From: an uncultured bacterium
Lineage (GTDB): Bacteria > Latescibacterota > UBA2968 > UBA8231
NCBI GenBank assembly: GCA_964011675.1
Contig: CAXGPR010000008.1
Coordinates: 1,158 to 65,157, forward strand
Reading direction: 5' to 3'
DNA: 64,000 bases
The notes under the pieces were generated by a model that was not told the DNA's origin, made no database searches, and worked only from the letters and a program-made list of their open reading frames with translations. The stretch's first letter is position 1. Every line of letters begins with the position of its first letter. This document shows, piece after piece, positions 18,892-29,091 of this stretch. A program made the translations under genes and the position numbers.

Positions 18892-20075
18892 AGAACGTCC
18901 TCAGCCCGTAGTCCGGCTATCTCGTCCGTACTCAGCCCCAACAGAGAAGTCAACACGTCCTCTGTATGCTGACCAAGCGTAGGCGCCGAATCTCGCAGTC
19001 TAACCGGCGTCTGCGAAAACTTAAACGGCGAGTTGGGCATGGTCTGTCGCCCCGCAATCGGATGCACCAATTCGACGATCATCTGGCGAGCCGCAACCTG
19101 TTCGTCGGCACACACGTCGGCCACGCTGTGAATGGGACCACTCGGAATACCGGCAACTCCCAATATGTCACACCATTCGACAACGCTTCTTTCGGCAAAA
19201 TCCGACTGCAGCAGCGGCTCCAACTCGGCGTGATTTTTTGTCCGACTGGCATTGTCGACAAACCGCTTATCTGCCGCGAGCTCTTCCCGCCCCAGGGCAC
19301 TACACAGCTTCTGCCACAGGTTATCATTTCCTGCGGCAATGACGATATACCCATCCGACGCCAGAAAAAACTGGAAAGGAGTAATCGCCGGATGGCGGGA
19401 ACCAAGGGGCTGAGGGACGTCGCCGTTTACGTAAAACCGCGCAATTGCGTTTTCTAACAGAGCCACTTGACAGTCTAACATCGAGATATCGATCTGCTGT
19501 CCCTGCCCGCTTTCCTTGGCTCGCCCCCAAGCGGCGAGTATACCTACTACGCCAAAGAGAGCAGCCGACAGATCTCCCACCGATGAGCCAACGCGCACGG
19601 GCGTTCCTCCGGACTCTCCCGTTATACTGGCGATGCCTCCCATCGCCTGGACGATTACGTCATAGGCCGGCCGATGCGCGTAAGGACCCGTCTGGCCAAA
19701 TCCCGAAATGGAGGCGTACACCAGCCGTTGATTCTCTTTGTGGATACGCTCATAATCGAGGCCAAACCGCGCCATACTGCCCGGTCTGAAGTTCTCTATC
19801 AGCACGTCGCACTCAAGCGCTAGACGTTGCACGAGCTGGGCCCCGGCCTCCTTGCGTAGGTCAATAGTCACGCTTTTTTTGCCCCGGTTGACGCTCGCAA
19901 AATAGGCGCTTTCGCCGTTTTGGAACGGACCAAAATCTCGCGATTCATCCCCCTTTTCAGGCAGCTCTACTTTGATGACCTCCGCGCCCAGATCGGCCAG
20001 TATCATCGAGGCATAAGGGCCGGCCAGTACGCGCGTCAGATCGAGGACTCGCATGCCCTCCAGCAGGTTTTCCAC
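18888..20075 (-). CDS. CaiB/BaiF family III CoA-transferase
   Basis: LEGMRVLDLTRVLAGP, LADLGAEVIKVE, NRGKKS, ENFRPG, SGFGQTGP. Confidence 0.95.
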   Translation of the reverse strand: MENLLEGMRVLDLTRVLAGPYASMILADLGAEVIKVELPEKGDESRDFGPFQNGESAYFASVNRGKKSVTIDLRKEAGAQLVQRLALECDVLIENFRPGSMARFGLDYERIHKENQRLVYASISGFGQTGPYAHRPAYDVIVQAMGGIASITGESGGTPVRVGSSVGDLSAALFGVVGILAAWGRAKESGQGQQIDISMLDCQVALLENAIARFYVNGDVPQPLGSRHPAITPFQFFLASDGYIVIAAGNDNLWQKLCSALGREELAADKRFVDNASRTKNHAELEPLLQSDFAERSVVEWCDILGVAGIPSGPIHSVADVCADEQVAARQMIVELVHPIAGRQTMPNSPFKFSQTPVRLRDSAPTLGQHTEDVLTSLLGLSTDEIAGLRAEDVL

Positions 20076-20076
20076 T

Positions 20077-21795
20077 CTAGTCCTCGCCAGGCAGACCTAC
20101 GAGCTCGGCTCCCCGTCCGGGGGTAGCCACACAGCGTTCTATTGGGCCTTCAATACCCAGCTCGTCGGAAAGAAACCGAGCAAAGGAGTCTCGGCCAGTC
20201 CCGTATATATAATCACGGTGGATTAGCCCACCCATATTGCCTCCCCAACCGGCCCCCAAGCGCTGGACAGCCCCAGCTTCTAGTCCGCCCGTCTCGATTA
20301 GATACTCATTGACCCTTCGAACGGCGAGGTCGTATTCAGGTGTCATTCGCCCATAACCACCGGGGAGAAAACACAAACGGCCTCGGTGATCGCCCGCATC
20401 AGCCAACTGGCTTAGGGACGCCAATTCGGACTGTTCGACCTCGTGGTCAAAATCTCCGTAATGCGAAATACGCGCTAGCTCGAGCGCTGTGGGCATATCT
20501 CCCTTTGCTATATATTCGAGCACGTAGCGAACGCGATCCTGCTCCGCCAGGCCAAAGGCGAATCGGCGCCGCAGGTAGATCGGGGTATCCTCGTCCAAAG
20601 CCTGAAACTTTCCCGTTATTTCGCTTTCATACATGTGCCTATACTCATCACCCACTCCATTTTGCTCAGCATCCGTCGCCATCTCTCTTAAGGTCGTTTG
20701 CGCTGGCATAACCTCCAACAGGCGATATATTGCCTGCGGACTAAGCCCCAGTCGCTCCTCAGATATATCGCGTATCATCCCAATCGAATCCCACCAGTCT
20801 GAGCAAAGTCCCTTGAATTCCGGTTCGTCTCGCATCGACGGCAGGAGGCGATCTCGCACGTAGAAAGTACCAAGCGGGTAGGCGACAACCGTTTCTTCTT
20901 TGACCGACTCGTCGTACACCCTGGGCACGCCCGTATCCAATACCATGGCCAAATAGGATTCCGGCAGCGGAGCTGCGCCCGTTGCAATAGCGGGGAAAAC
21001 ACCTACGCCAACCAGTTGGGCGCTGCGCCCCATCACCATCCCCCCATGGTCAGCCGTTCCTCCGCGCGTCCCCCGAATCCATTCGGAGGTGCCCACTCCG
21101 TCCACCAAATCGGATTCCGGCAGATCCTCGCGCGGCTGCAAGTCGTTTGCACCAAGAGCGGCGCAGGCGGTAGAAATAACGAGCGCCGAGGAAGAAGACA
21201 TGCCTCCGCTTGGCGACACGTTGCTCCATACGAGGGCATCCATACCACAGAATGTCTGCCGCGCGCGAAAGTAGCTCTCCAGGTAGACGAGTTGACCCGT
21301 AACGAGCACAGACCAGTGATGGTCCTGTGCGCTGCCCGTTTCTTCTAAGCGCTGCTGACATACTTGCCCAGCGTAGTGCATAAGCGCTTCTCGAGTCGCA
21401 ACGCATTCACCGGGTATAATCTCGGTTAGCTGAAGCTCAAAGGGTTCAAAACGGTCTACCGCCTCTCCCTGATATTCCAAGTGACTTGCGAACCGCACCA
21501 TTCCGTCGTCGCGAACGCGCGCAATGGTTAGGGTATCTGAACCGCGCACGGCGATCCGAACCGAAGGCATACCCCCATAGTCGATGTGCATACCCATTAA
21601 ATTCATCTGCCCCGGGCAGCGCGCGATCACGACTTCCCCATCCGAACCGTACCGCTCAACAAAGAGATTCAACGCCTGACTGTAGTGCTCTTTCCAGACA
21701 TCACATGCATCCGCACCGTAGACTTCTGATAGAAAACCGTCAAGCACAGTTCCCTGCAACGCTTGCAACCACTGCGAAACACTGGCTTTGTTCAT
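20077..21795 (-). CDS. Divergent GHMP kinase (galactokinase-like)
   Basis: PGQMNLMGMHIDY, PSGGMSSSSAL and LGAGWGG GHMP motifs. Confidence 0.85.
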   Translation of the reverse strand: MNKASVSQWLQALQGTVLDGFLSEVYGADACDVWKEHYSQALNLFVERYGSDGEVVIARCPGQMNLMGMHIDYGGMPSVRIAVRGSDTLTIARVRDDGMVRFASHLEYQGEAVDRFEPFELQLTEIIPGECVATREALMHYAGQVCQQRLEETGSAQDHHWSVLVTGQLVYLESYFRARQTFCGMDALVWSNVSPSGGMSSSSALVISTACAALGANDLQPREDLPESDLVDGVGTSEWIRGTRGGTADHGGMVMGRSAQLVGVGVFPAIATGAAPLPESYLAMVLDTGVPRVYDESVKEETVVAYPLGTFYVRDRLLPSMRDEPEFKGLCSDWWDSIGMIRDISEERLGLSPQAIYRLLEVMPAQTTLREMATDAEQNGVGDEYRHMYESEITGKFQALDEDTPIYLRRRFAFGLAEQDRVRYVLEYIAKGDMPTALELARISHYGDFDHEVEQSELASLSQLADAGDHRGRLCFLPGGYGRMTPEYDLAVRRVNEYLIETGGLEAGAVQRLGAGWGGNMGGLIHRDYIYGTGRDSFARFLSDELGIEGPIERCVATPGRGAELVGLPGED

Positions 21796-21835
21796 AGTTT
21801 ACTCCTGCCCGACTCGGCTGACCTGAGCCGAACGA

Positions 21836-22330
21836 TTATTGTGCAGCAATTAGGTCGGCCATATCGTATACGACGCCATCCAATTGGACAGTACCCGTTG
21901 CAGAGAGAATGTTTTCCTGCACGATCACTGTCATATCCAATACCAGCACGCCTTCTTGTGCACCCGACATATTTATGGTCCCTTTGACAGGTATATTGGG
22001 ATAGAGACCTTTGTCTACGTTTAACGTTCCGTCGAGAAAGAGCACGCCATCAGGGGAATATTCTATCATGGTCCACTTTTTCCCCTCAATCTGCACTAAA
22101 CCCCCGCCATTAAATCCGACAACGGCTGTCGTATCAGCCGCAAGTGACGCAAAAAAGGCACTCTGAAAGCTCTGCACGAGCACGTTTGTCACAGCCACAG
22201 CTTCCGGCGGAATGCCTCTCTCTACTTCGTCGTCTGGCCCAGCAGAATTGCCTCCACCTCCCCCACACGCATACAGAGCGACAAAGCCACATAAGACCCC
22301 TACAAAAAACCTTTCTTTACACCAATTCAT
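21836..22330 (-). CDS. Hypothetical lipoprotein
   Basis: Lipobox LYAC followed by a Gly6 linker; GGAGAGG RBS. Confidence 0.72.
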   Translation of the reverse strand: MNWCKERFFVGVLCGFVALYACGGGGGNSAGPDDEVERGIPPEAVAVTNVLVQSFQSAFFASLAADTTAVVGFNGGGLVQIEGKKWTMIEYSPDGVLFLDGTLNVDKGLYPNIPVKGTINMSGAQEGVLVLDMTVIVQENILSATGTVQLDGVVYDMADLIAAQ

Positions 22331-22342
22331 TTGCGTCCTCTC

Positions 22343-23083
22343 CTACGTTACATCAGTTTCTGCCATGCGCTTTAACAGATCCTGTAGCACTGCGGGATAA
22401 TTAGTCAATATACCATCGACTCCACAGTCTATAAGACGACGCATTTCTGCTTCGGTATCTGCGTAAAATGGATTGACGACCATACCCTTTGCATGGGCAG
22501 CCGCTACGAGTTCAGGCGTTGTTACCGCATGTCCAGGCTGTAGAAATGTACACCCGACTGCATGGGCACGATGTAACGACTTTTCCACGGGCGGCGCGCA
22601 TCCCATACACACCGTCAGATGTTGGTTCACTCTTCGGGCCAGCACCACCGTTTGCTGGTCCGAAGATATAAAGGCGCGCTCCAGAAGACCTCGATTTGTC
22701 AAGCGGCGAACGCAGCGGGTGACCAACTCTACTCGATCGTGTTCATAGGCCTTGATGTGCACGTTGAGACGCACATCCCCCTCGAGCACGTCAAGCGCCT
22801 CGTCTAAACGAAGAAAACGCTGGCCGGCAAACTGATTGCCAAACCAGGCACCCGCATCCAATTGGCTTATTTCTTCCCATCTCATAGAGCGCACCTGACC
22901 CGTACCGTTCGATGTCCGATCTACGGTCGCATCGTGTATTACGATCAGTTCGTCGTCCAAACTCAAGTGCACGTCGAGTTCGACTCCTTCTACTCCCAAC
23001 CGCATCGCTTCGACTAGCGCTGATTCCGTATTTTCGGGATGCGTACCGGAGGCACCTCGATGGGCAAAAACGGCTACATTCAT
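22343..23083 (-). CDS. Glycerophosphodiester phosphodiesterase family
   Basis: AHRGASG..PENT, ELDVH, IHDATVDRT, GVDGILTNYP. Confidence 0.93.
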   Translation of the reverse strand: MNVAVFAHRGASGTHPENTESALVEAMRLGVEGVELDVHLSLDDELIVIHDATVDRTSNGTGQVRSMRWEEISQLDAGAWFGNQFAGQRFLRLDEALDVLEGDVRLNVHIKAYEHDRVELVTRCVRRLTNRGLLERAFISSDQQTVVLARRVNQHLTVCMGCAPPVEKSLHRAHAVGCTFLQPGHAVTTPELVAAAHAKGMVVNPFYADTEAEMRRLIDCGVDGILTNYPAVLQDLLKRMAETDVT

Positions 23084-24180
23084 AGGACTATCTCTTCATA
23101 GGATTGAACATATTTTTTTAGGGCTTTCTGGTCGAGTTCACATCCCAAGCCCGGCTTTTTCGGAGTCTCCACGTAGCCATTTTCAAAGCATATGGGCTCG
23201 ATAATTAGATCGTCTTCTCTCGTCCATGAACCGACAAAATCCGACGCCATTTCGCAGTTTGGAGCGGCAGCTGCTGCGTGAATATAGGCCGTATCTACAA
23301 TACCTAAATCGTTTCCCGAACCGTGCCAGCAAGCCATTCCAGCCCCTGCCGCAATGGCAGCATTTTTTTGGAAGCCAAACAGACTCCCAACCAAATTCAA
23401 GCAATCCGCAAGGCCCTCTGTGAGCGCCGTCACAACGTGCGTTCCCGCACCCAAATGCTGTGCTAAGGGAAGGTTTATTTCTTCTTTAATGCGCTTGTAT
23501 CCCTCGATGTCTGACTTTGGGATCGGATCTTCAAAAACCTCCACATTGCCCAAAAGTTCCAGCTCTGCAGCGAGTGCGATTGTTTGCTCGGCCGTGCGAA
23601 AGCGTTCATTGGGATCCACCGTCACCTTAAAATCAGGACCAGCAACCTCGAGAATTGCCCTCATCCTTTCTACCATCGGCTCTTCGATCCGACACTTTAT
23701 TTTTATACCTTTAAAACCGTGCCTAAGAGCTCGCTCCACCGTGCGTTTTGAATCTTCAGGCTTTTGCTGACCCATCCAATAGTCAGCTCGCACTCGGTTA
23801 CGCACAGCACCACCCAGCAAGGCATGGACGGGTATATCCCGCATCTTTCCCACCAAGTCACACAGCGCTATTTCAAACGCATCGTATGCGGGACCAGTCC
23901 CCACCCGCTGCACGTCTTCGCACCCGATCCCGTATATATCCTGTAGCGCAACGATTTCGGGATCTTTGCCCAATAGCAAGCTACCACCAGCTCGCACCTC
24001 TCCAATCGGCACACCGCGTCCCGTTTCGCCTAAGCCAACCAGCTCGCTATCCGTGCGCAGGCGCACAATGTGCTTGGGCACCTGGTCCCAACTCGTCTCG
24101 GGAACCCACTCAGCACTGTGCACACGGCCAGGGATCGTTGGCACTACAACGGTCCAAACATCTATTGCGTTAATTTTCAT
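23080..24180 (-). CDS. Mandelate racemase/muconate lactonizing enzyme family protein
   Basis: GLGE, DLVGK...PVHALLGGAVR, KIK, DPN, EDP, PGLG. Confidence 0.9.
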   Translation of the reverse strand: MKINAIDVWTVVVPTIPGRVHSAEWVPETSWDQVPKHIVRLRTDSELVGLGETGRGVPIGEVRAGGSLLLGKDPEIVALQDIYGIGCEDVQRVGTGPAYDAFEIALCDLVGKMRDIPVHALLGGAVRNRVRADYWMGQQKPEDSKRTVERALRHGFKGIKIKCRIEEPMVERMRAILEVAGPDFKVTVDPNERFRTAEQTIALAAELELLGNVEVFEDPIPKSDIEGYKRIKEEINLPLAQHLGAGTHVVTALTEGLADCLNLVGSLFGFQKNAAIAAGAGMACWHGSGNDLGIVDTAYIHAAAAAPNCEMASDFVGSWTREDDLIIEPICFENGYVETPKKPGLGCELDQKALKKYVQSYEEIVL

Positions 24181-24190
24181 AGGATCTTTC

Positions 24191-25258
24191 CTACGGGATA
24201 AAGCAGGCGTCTTTTTCCAACGACAAAACAAATTCAGCAAGCAGTTTAGCCGTATTATCGAGATCTTTAAGGGAAATCACTTCAACCGGCGTATGCATAT
24301 AGCGCTGCGGCAGGCTAACCAACGCGGCTGCCACCCCGGCGCGACTCAGTTGGATGGCGTTGGCGTCCGTGCCCGTTCCCCCAGGTTCGGCCATGATCTG
24401 ATGGGGAATTTTCTTTTTTTTCGCTACGGCAACGAGCTGATCAAATACAACCGGATTGATATTTGCGCCTCGGTTGATAACAGGTCCTCCTCCCAAAACA
24501 CATTCCCCCACCTGACGCTTGTCCACGCCTGGATGATCCATCGACCAGGTCACGTCAACGGCAATGCCCACAAGGGGATTTACGCCATACGCGCTGGTTT
24601 TTGCCCCGCGCAGCCCGATTTCCTCCTGCACGGTAGCGACGGAAAAAAGCGCGGCACGGCACGTCTTCTTAGACCGCGTAACCCGGCGCAGTGCCTCGGC
24701 GACAACCCAAGCCCCGGCCTTATTGTCGGTCGCACGCGACACAACGAGATCCCCGCGAAGTTCTTCAAAATTCGGATCGTAGGTAACGGGATCGCCGATC
24801 TCGACTATCTTACGCGCTTCTTCTGCCGAAGTGACGCCAATGTCGATCCACAGCTCGTGTTTGGCAGGCACTTTGGAGCGCTCTTCTGCTCGCATCAGGT
24901 GAATGGGTTTCTTCCCCAAAACACCCAGCACGGGCCCCTTGCGCGTATGAATCCGCACTTTGCGCCCAGGCACCATACCCAAATCAAACCCACCAATCGT
25001 ATCGAAGTACAGGTATCCTCGGTCGTCGATGTAAATGATCTGAAAACCCAACTCATCCATATGGCCAGCAAGCATAACGCGCGGCCCATCTCCCGCACTA
25101 TAGGAAGCAATCGCATTCCCATGCACGTCGACTTCCACTGCATCGGCATAGCGAGATACTTCCTCTTTCCACACCGAGCGCACAGGGCCTTCATAGCCAG
25201 AGGGACCCGGCGCCGCGAGCAGTTCTTTTAAGAATCGTTTGGATGCTTCCCGCATCAA
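24191..25258 (-). CDS. M42 family metallopeptidase
   Basis: GPSGYE, AGHMDE, DNK, VQEEIGLRGA, GTDA, RYMHTPVE. Confidence 0.95.
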   Translation of the reverse strand: MMREASKRFLKELLAAPGPSGYEGPVRSVWKEEVSRYADAVEVDVHGNAIASYSAGDGPRVMLAGHMDELGFQIIYIDDRGYLYFDTIGGFDLGMVPGRKVRIHTRKGPVLGVLGKKPIHLMRAEERSKVPAKHELWIDIGVTSAEEARKIVEIGDPVTYDPNFEELRGDLVVSRATDNKAGAWVVAEALRRVTRSKKTCRAALFSVATVQEEIGLRGAKTSAYGVNPLVGIAVDVTWSMDHPGVDKRQVGECVLGGGPVINRGANINPVVFDQLVAVAKKKKIPHQIMAEPGGTGTDANAIQLSRAGVAAALVSLPQRYMHTPVEVISLKDLDNTAKLLAEFVLSLEKDACFIP

Positions 25259-25269
25259 AATTCCTTTCC

Positions 25270-26742
25270 CTAGGGTATCCTAATCTCAGTTTTTTCAGAG
25301 ACCAACAGCGTGCCCAACAAGCAGACGCCCGCATTGACAATGAGACCCCAAACCCCCGCGTGGAATCCCCACGGAAGGCGATTGCCGCTCAGAGTTAGAA
25401 AGAGGGCGACCAGAAGCCCAGCCACCATTCCCAACAAGACGACTCGTCCAGACAATTTCTTCCAGTATAGGCCAAAGAAAAAGCATGGAACAACCTGTAT
25501 GAGCACCTCAAACTTAAGCTCTAGCAGACGCACGAGCGTTTTTTCAGTGCCAATCGCAACACCCACCAAGAGCGCTACGGCGAGCCATGAGAACGCCTTG
25601 CCGACCAGCGTTAGGTGTTCTTCGCTGCTTCTGGGCTTGATATAGGGCAGATAAATATCTCTCGTAAACATAGAAGAAATCGATAAGAGCGCAGAATCTG
25701 CCGTCGACATAAGCGCGGCTAACGCAGCGGCAAACACGACGACTACGAGCCAATATCCCAGCACGGACTGGGCCATGACCAGCGCCAGTATCCGCGCTAA
25801 GACCTGATCCGTTTCCACGCTTTCCAATCCGGGCAGCACTACGATGGCCGTCAGACCACATATCAGCGCAATCAGCGTCGTGGTCAGCGGCATAAAGGCC
25901 ATCAACATAAGAGATCGTTTAAGCACCCTGAGAGAGCGGCTAGCATAGAGCCGTTGGATCGCCTGCGGATAAATAGCCGCTCCACAACCCAGCAGTACTA
26001 CGTAACTGATCCACGTATTAGATCCATTCCCCTCGGGCACCTGTACCTTGGCCGGATCCATTTGACGCAGCTTTTCAACAACCGCATCCAGTCCCCCACC
26101 GAGCTGCGTTGGAACAATCATCACCAACAAAGCGAACCCCACCAGCAGAACGACTCCCTGTATGACGTCTGTCCACGCGACGGAACGCATGCCTCCAAGC
26201 GTCTCGTAAATCACCATGATAATAGCGAGCGCAACAATGCCATACGCCGATGGAACCGCTCCCTGCGTGATGCCCTCTACGGCGGCCCCCATCGCTTTGA
26301 GTTGAGCTAGCGTATAGTTGCACAGCGCGTAAATCATCATCACCGTGCTCAGCAGGGTCAGCGCCTTGGACTTGAAGCGATAGGATATATAATCGCCCGG
26401 CGTAATAAAGCCCTCTGCCCGCGCAAGTACTACCAGACGAGGCGCATATAGCACATACCCGACGATAATCGAAAACATAAATAGAATCGAAACGGTCCAT
26501 TCAAAGCCGATCCGATACGTTTTGCCGGTATAACCAAAAAGTGTGTTGCCGCTGTATTGCGTGGCATAAAGGGTCAGAAAGAGTACGAGCAACCCCAGAG
26601 ACCGACCCGCAAGGTAGAAATCAGCCATGCTGTTGGTCTCTCGCTTACCGCGCGCATAGTATCCAACGCCAATCATAGACAAGAGATAGAGTCCGACAGC
26701 AACTAGAGCACCCGTTCCGAAAACAATGTCACCTCCCCCCAT
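25270..26742 (-). CDS. Sodium:solute symporter (PanF-like)
   Basis: FYLAGRSLG, ATQYSGNT, GGMRSVAWTDVIQG, AALMSTADS. Confidence 0.93.
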   Translation of the reverse strand: MGGGDIVFGTGALVAVGLYLLSMIGVGYYARGKRETNSMADFYLAGRSLGLLVLFLTLYATQYSGNTLFGYTGKTYRIGFEWTVSILFMFSIIVGYVLYAPRLVVLARAEGFITPGDYISYRFKSKALTLLSTVMMIYALCNYTLAQLKAMGAAVEGITQGAVPSAYGIVALAIIMVIYETLGGMRSVAWTDVIQGVVLLVGFALLVMIVPTQLGGGLDAVVEKLRQMDPAKVQVPEGNGSNTWISYVVLLGCGAAIYPQAIQRLYASRSLRVLKRSLMLMAFMPLTTTLIALICGLTAIVVLPGLESVETDQVLARILALVMAQSVLGYWLVVVVFAAALAALMSTADSALLSISSMFTRDIYLPYIKPRSSEEHLTLVGKAFSWLAVALLVGVAIGTEKTLVRLLELKFEVLIQVVPCFFFGLYWKKLSGRVVLLGMVAGLLVALFLTLSGNRLPWGFHAGVWGLIVNAGVCLLGTLLVSEKTEIRIP

Positions 26743-26987
26743 TATTCTTCCTCCTCTTCAACGGTTTGCCAGAAGTGATAAATGACAAATACAGTCCAGC
26801 ACGCCAAGGCAAAAATAGCCGATAGCGTGACGGCCACCCATAGGGGAAAACCCATTACGATCGGGCCGACATAGCCTTCGGGCCAGTACCACGGTATCGC
26901 AATGGCATAGAGCAAGAGATAGACAAACCAAATCCAGCGAACAGAGCGCGGTTCGCTGAGAATGCGGGAAAAAGCGCGGTGCTCCAT
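26742..26987 (-). CDS. Small 2-TM membrane protein accompanying SSS transporter (DUF997/YhdT-like)
   Basis: Two hydrophobic segments, GFPLW motif, 1-nt overlap with the SSS start. Confidence 0.8.
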   Translation of the reverse strand: MEHRAFSRILSEPRSVRWIWFVYLLLYAIAIPWYWPEGYVGPIVMGFPLWVAVTLSAIFALACWTVFVIYHFWQTVEEEEE

Positions 26988-27174
26988 GGCGTCCTTCCGA
27001 AAAATAAATTAGGCTAAGTAACGGTTATAACTGAAGATGGGGACAATATGAGGAATTTGCATGCGGCGCACAACCAGACGTCAACTTGATGCATTCTAAG
27101 CGCCCCGAGCTGCAACCACACAGCGAAAATTCAGCTATGCATCCTCCTTTATCTCGCTTCAATAAGCAAGAATG

Positions 27175-27906
27175 CTAATCGACCTGTAGCCAACGAGTCT
27201 GAACACGGTGTGCATCGCACTCATACACGGCAAATCGATGAGGCGCCTCACAAAAAGCAGGAGCGACTGCATAATGAATTCCTCCATCCTTCTGCGGTAA
27301 CGCACCGGGATGGTAATGCCCCGAAAGAAGCAAGTGAACCTGGCCCGAACGCTGCATGGATTGCTTGAGCCAACCGGCAGTGCCGTAGGTATGGGGATAA
27401 CCCTCGTTGTGTTCTGGATGCACCAGGTAATGCTGTAAATGAATCTGCTGGGGTCCCTCATCCGAGAGAGCCCGATCAAATCGTTCCAATTCAGCTCCAA
27501 CGCGGACCGGCACGTGATCAGCGCCTTCCTCGTCATAAAAACAGAAAACGCGAAAATCGCCAACGTCGACCCCTTCGCTCTGCATGTTGAATACACGGCG
27601 AAAAAGCAGAGGATGGTCGTGGTTTCCATACAGGACAAAAACGGGACAGGAAACGCGTTCCAACAGGGAACGCACCAACTGCAGATCCGCCTCGCCCCGC
27701 TCTAAATTTTCAGGACTGTTCATATCATTAAACGGATGATCAACTAAATCACCCGTCACCGCCACCCAGTCAACGCCTTCCGCTCGAAATTGATCCAGAG
27801 CAAGTGTAATTTTTTCTGGCATCTCCCTGCTTCGCCTGGTAGCTACGGCAGACGAGCCCGGCAGCGCATCCCGCAGGTGAAAATCCGATATGTGACCAAT
27901 GCGCAT
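27175..27906 (-). CDS. Calcineurin-like metallophosphoesterase
   Basis: HISDFH, TGDL, GNHD, SGHYH; GGGAG RBS before ATG 27906. Confidence 0.9.
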   Translation of the reverse strand: MRIGHISDFHLRDALPGSSAVATRRSREMPEKITLALDQFRAEGVDWVAVTGDLVDHPFNDMNSPENLERGEADLQLVRSLLERVSCPVFVLYGNHDHPLLFRRVFNMQSEGVDVGDFRVFCFYDEEGADHVPVRVGAELERFDRALSDEGPQQIHLQHYLVHPEHNEGYPHTYGTAGWLKQSMQRSGQVHLLLSGHYHPGALPQKDGGIHYAVAPAFCEAPHRFAVYECDAHRVQTRWLQVD

Positions 27907-28044
27907 CTGATCTCCCTTGACGTTGCATACACCTTTACAATAAGGGCACGCGACTACTCGCCGTTGAATAGTCACCTTAGCAGCCCTCCAAAAAAATCGC
28001 CCGGCGCCGCAATTTACAACCGCGGGAAAGACAGCCGACAAACT

Positions 28045-29091
28045 TCAGCGAGCCCTTTCGCCTTCCCAAACGACGACGCGCCCGGGCTCTACGTGCGGCC
28101 GAATAGATTCGCCGAGACAATACGATCGCTCTTTACCCGCCATGAGGCGCACCTCCTGACCAAGCCACTCCACCCGCAAAACCCAGACTGGACCAGCGTC
28201 TTCAACTACGCGTACTATGCCCTCTTCTTCTCCGCCAGATGGCGTGATGTGTTCGGGACGAACCCCTACCGCCGCCACCGCACTTTCTCCTGCCGCACAC
28301 TCGGCAAGCACTCCACCACTTCCAACCACCCAGCGACCCGCCCGACAGCAGACGTCAAACAAATTAATGGCGGGCTGCCCAATTTGGCGAGCCACCTCAG
28401 GCGATTGGGGTCGCTCGTAAATCTCTTCCGGCGTGCCAACCTGCAGTATGTTGCCATCAGAAATCACCGCGATACGATCCGCCATTGAGAGCGCTTCGGC
28501 TTGATCATGCGTCACATATACCATTGGTATAGACAGCGAACGACGGAGCAAGGCCAGTTCGACGCGCAACGTCTCGCGCAGTTTTGCATCGAGATTGGTC
28601 AGGGGCTCATCGAGCAAAAAAAGGCGCGGGCGACGCACGATACAGCGGCCGATGGCAACCCGCTGCATTTCCCCTCCAGAAAGCCGCTCCGAAGAACGCT
28701 CTAGCAGAGATTCAATATGCAATAGCTCGGCGGCCCATTCTACCCGAGTTGCAATCTCGGCTTCTGAAAGCTGGCGACCTGGCGCTCTCAGGGGAAACTC
28801 CAAGTTGCGCCGAACGCTCCAGTCGGGATAGAGGGCAAAATGCTGAAAGGCAAAGGCCACGTCGCGGGCCGAGGGCTCCCAGTCTGTGACGTCCGTTCCA
28901 GCCATCGATACGGTGCCCGCTTCGGCTCTTTCCAGTCCCGCCATCACCCGCAAAAGAGTCGTTTTACCCGCACCAGTCGGCCCTAGTACTACCAATAGCT
29001 CATCGCTACCCACAGTCAAATCAACGCCAACGAGAGCACGAATTTGACCATAAGATTTATCAATACCAGCCAGATGCAATAACGGTTTCAT
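28045..29091 (-). CDS. Sugar ABC transporter ATP-binding protein
   Basis: GPTGAGKTT, LSGGEMQRVAIGR, LDEP, YVTHDQ, C-terminal TOBE-like GVRPE. Confidence 0.95.
   Translation of the reverse strand: MKPLLHLAGIDKSYGQIRALVGVDLTVGSDELLVVLGPTGAGKTTLLRVMAGLERAEAGTVSMAGTDVTDWEPSARDVAFAFQHFALYPDWSVRRNLEFPLRAPGRQLSEAEIATRVEWAAELLHIESLLERSSERLSGGEMQRVAIGRCIVRRPRLFLLDEPLTNLDAKLRETLRVELALLRRSLSIPMVYVTHDQAEALSMADRIAVISDGNILQVGTPEEIYERPQSPEVARQIGQPAINLFDVCCRAGRWVVGSGGVLAECAAGESAVAAVGVRPEHITPSGGEEEGIVRVVEDAGPVWVLRVEWLGQEVRLMAGKERSYCLGESIRPHVEPGRVVVWEGERAR

Noticed and set aside
23966-25231. 421-aa + strand ORF
   Set aside because: Lies antisense to the well-supported M42 peptidase and enolase genes and has no recognisable motifs; a shadow ORF.
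27026-27150. Perfect AAGGAGG on the minus strand followed by ATG-CAT-AGC-TGA or a short Cys-rich frame starting ATA
   Set aside because: No properly spaced start codon and no recognisable product; cannot be supported as a gene or leader peptide.
27790-28488. 232-aa + strand ORF and the many other short alternative-frame ORFs in the track
   Set aside because: Antisense or out-of-frame overlaps with confident genes, with no family motifs.
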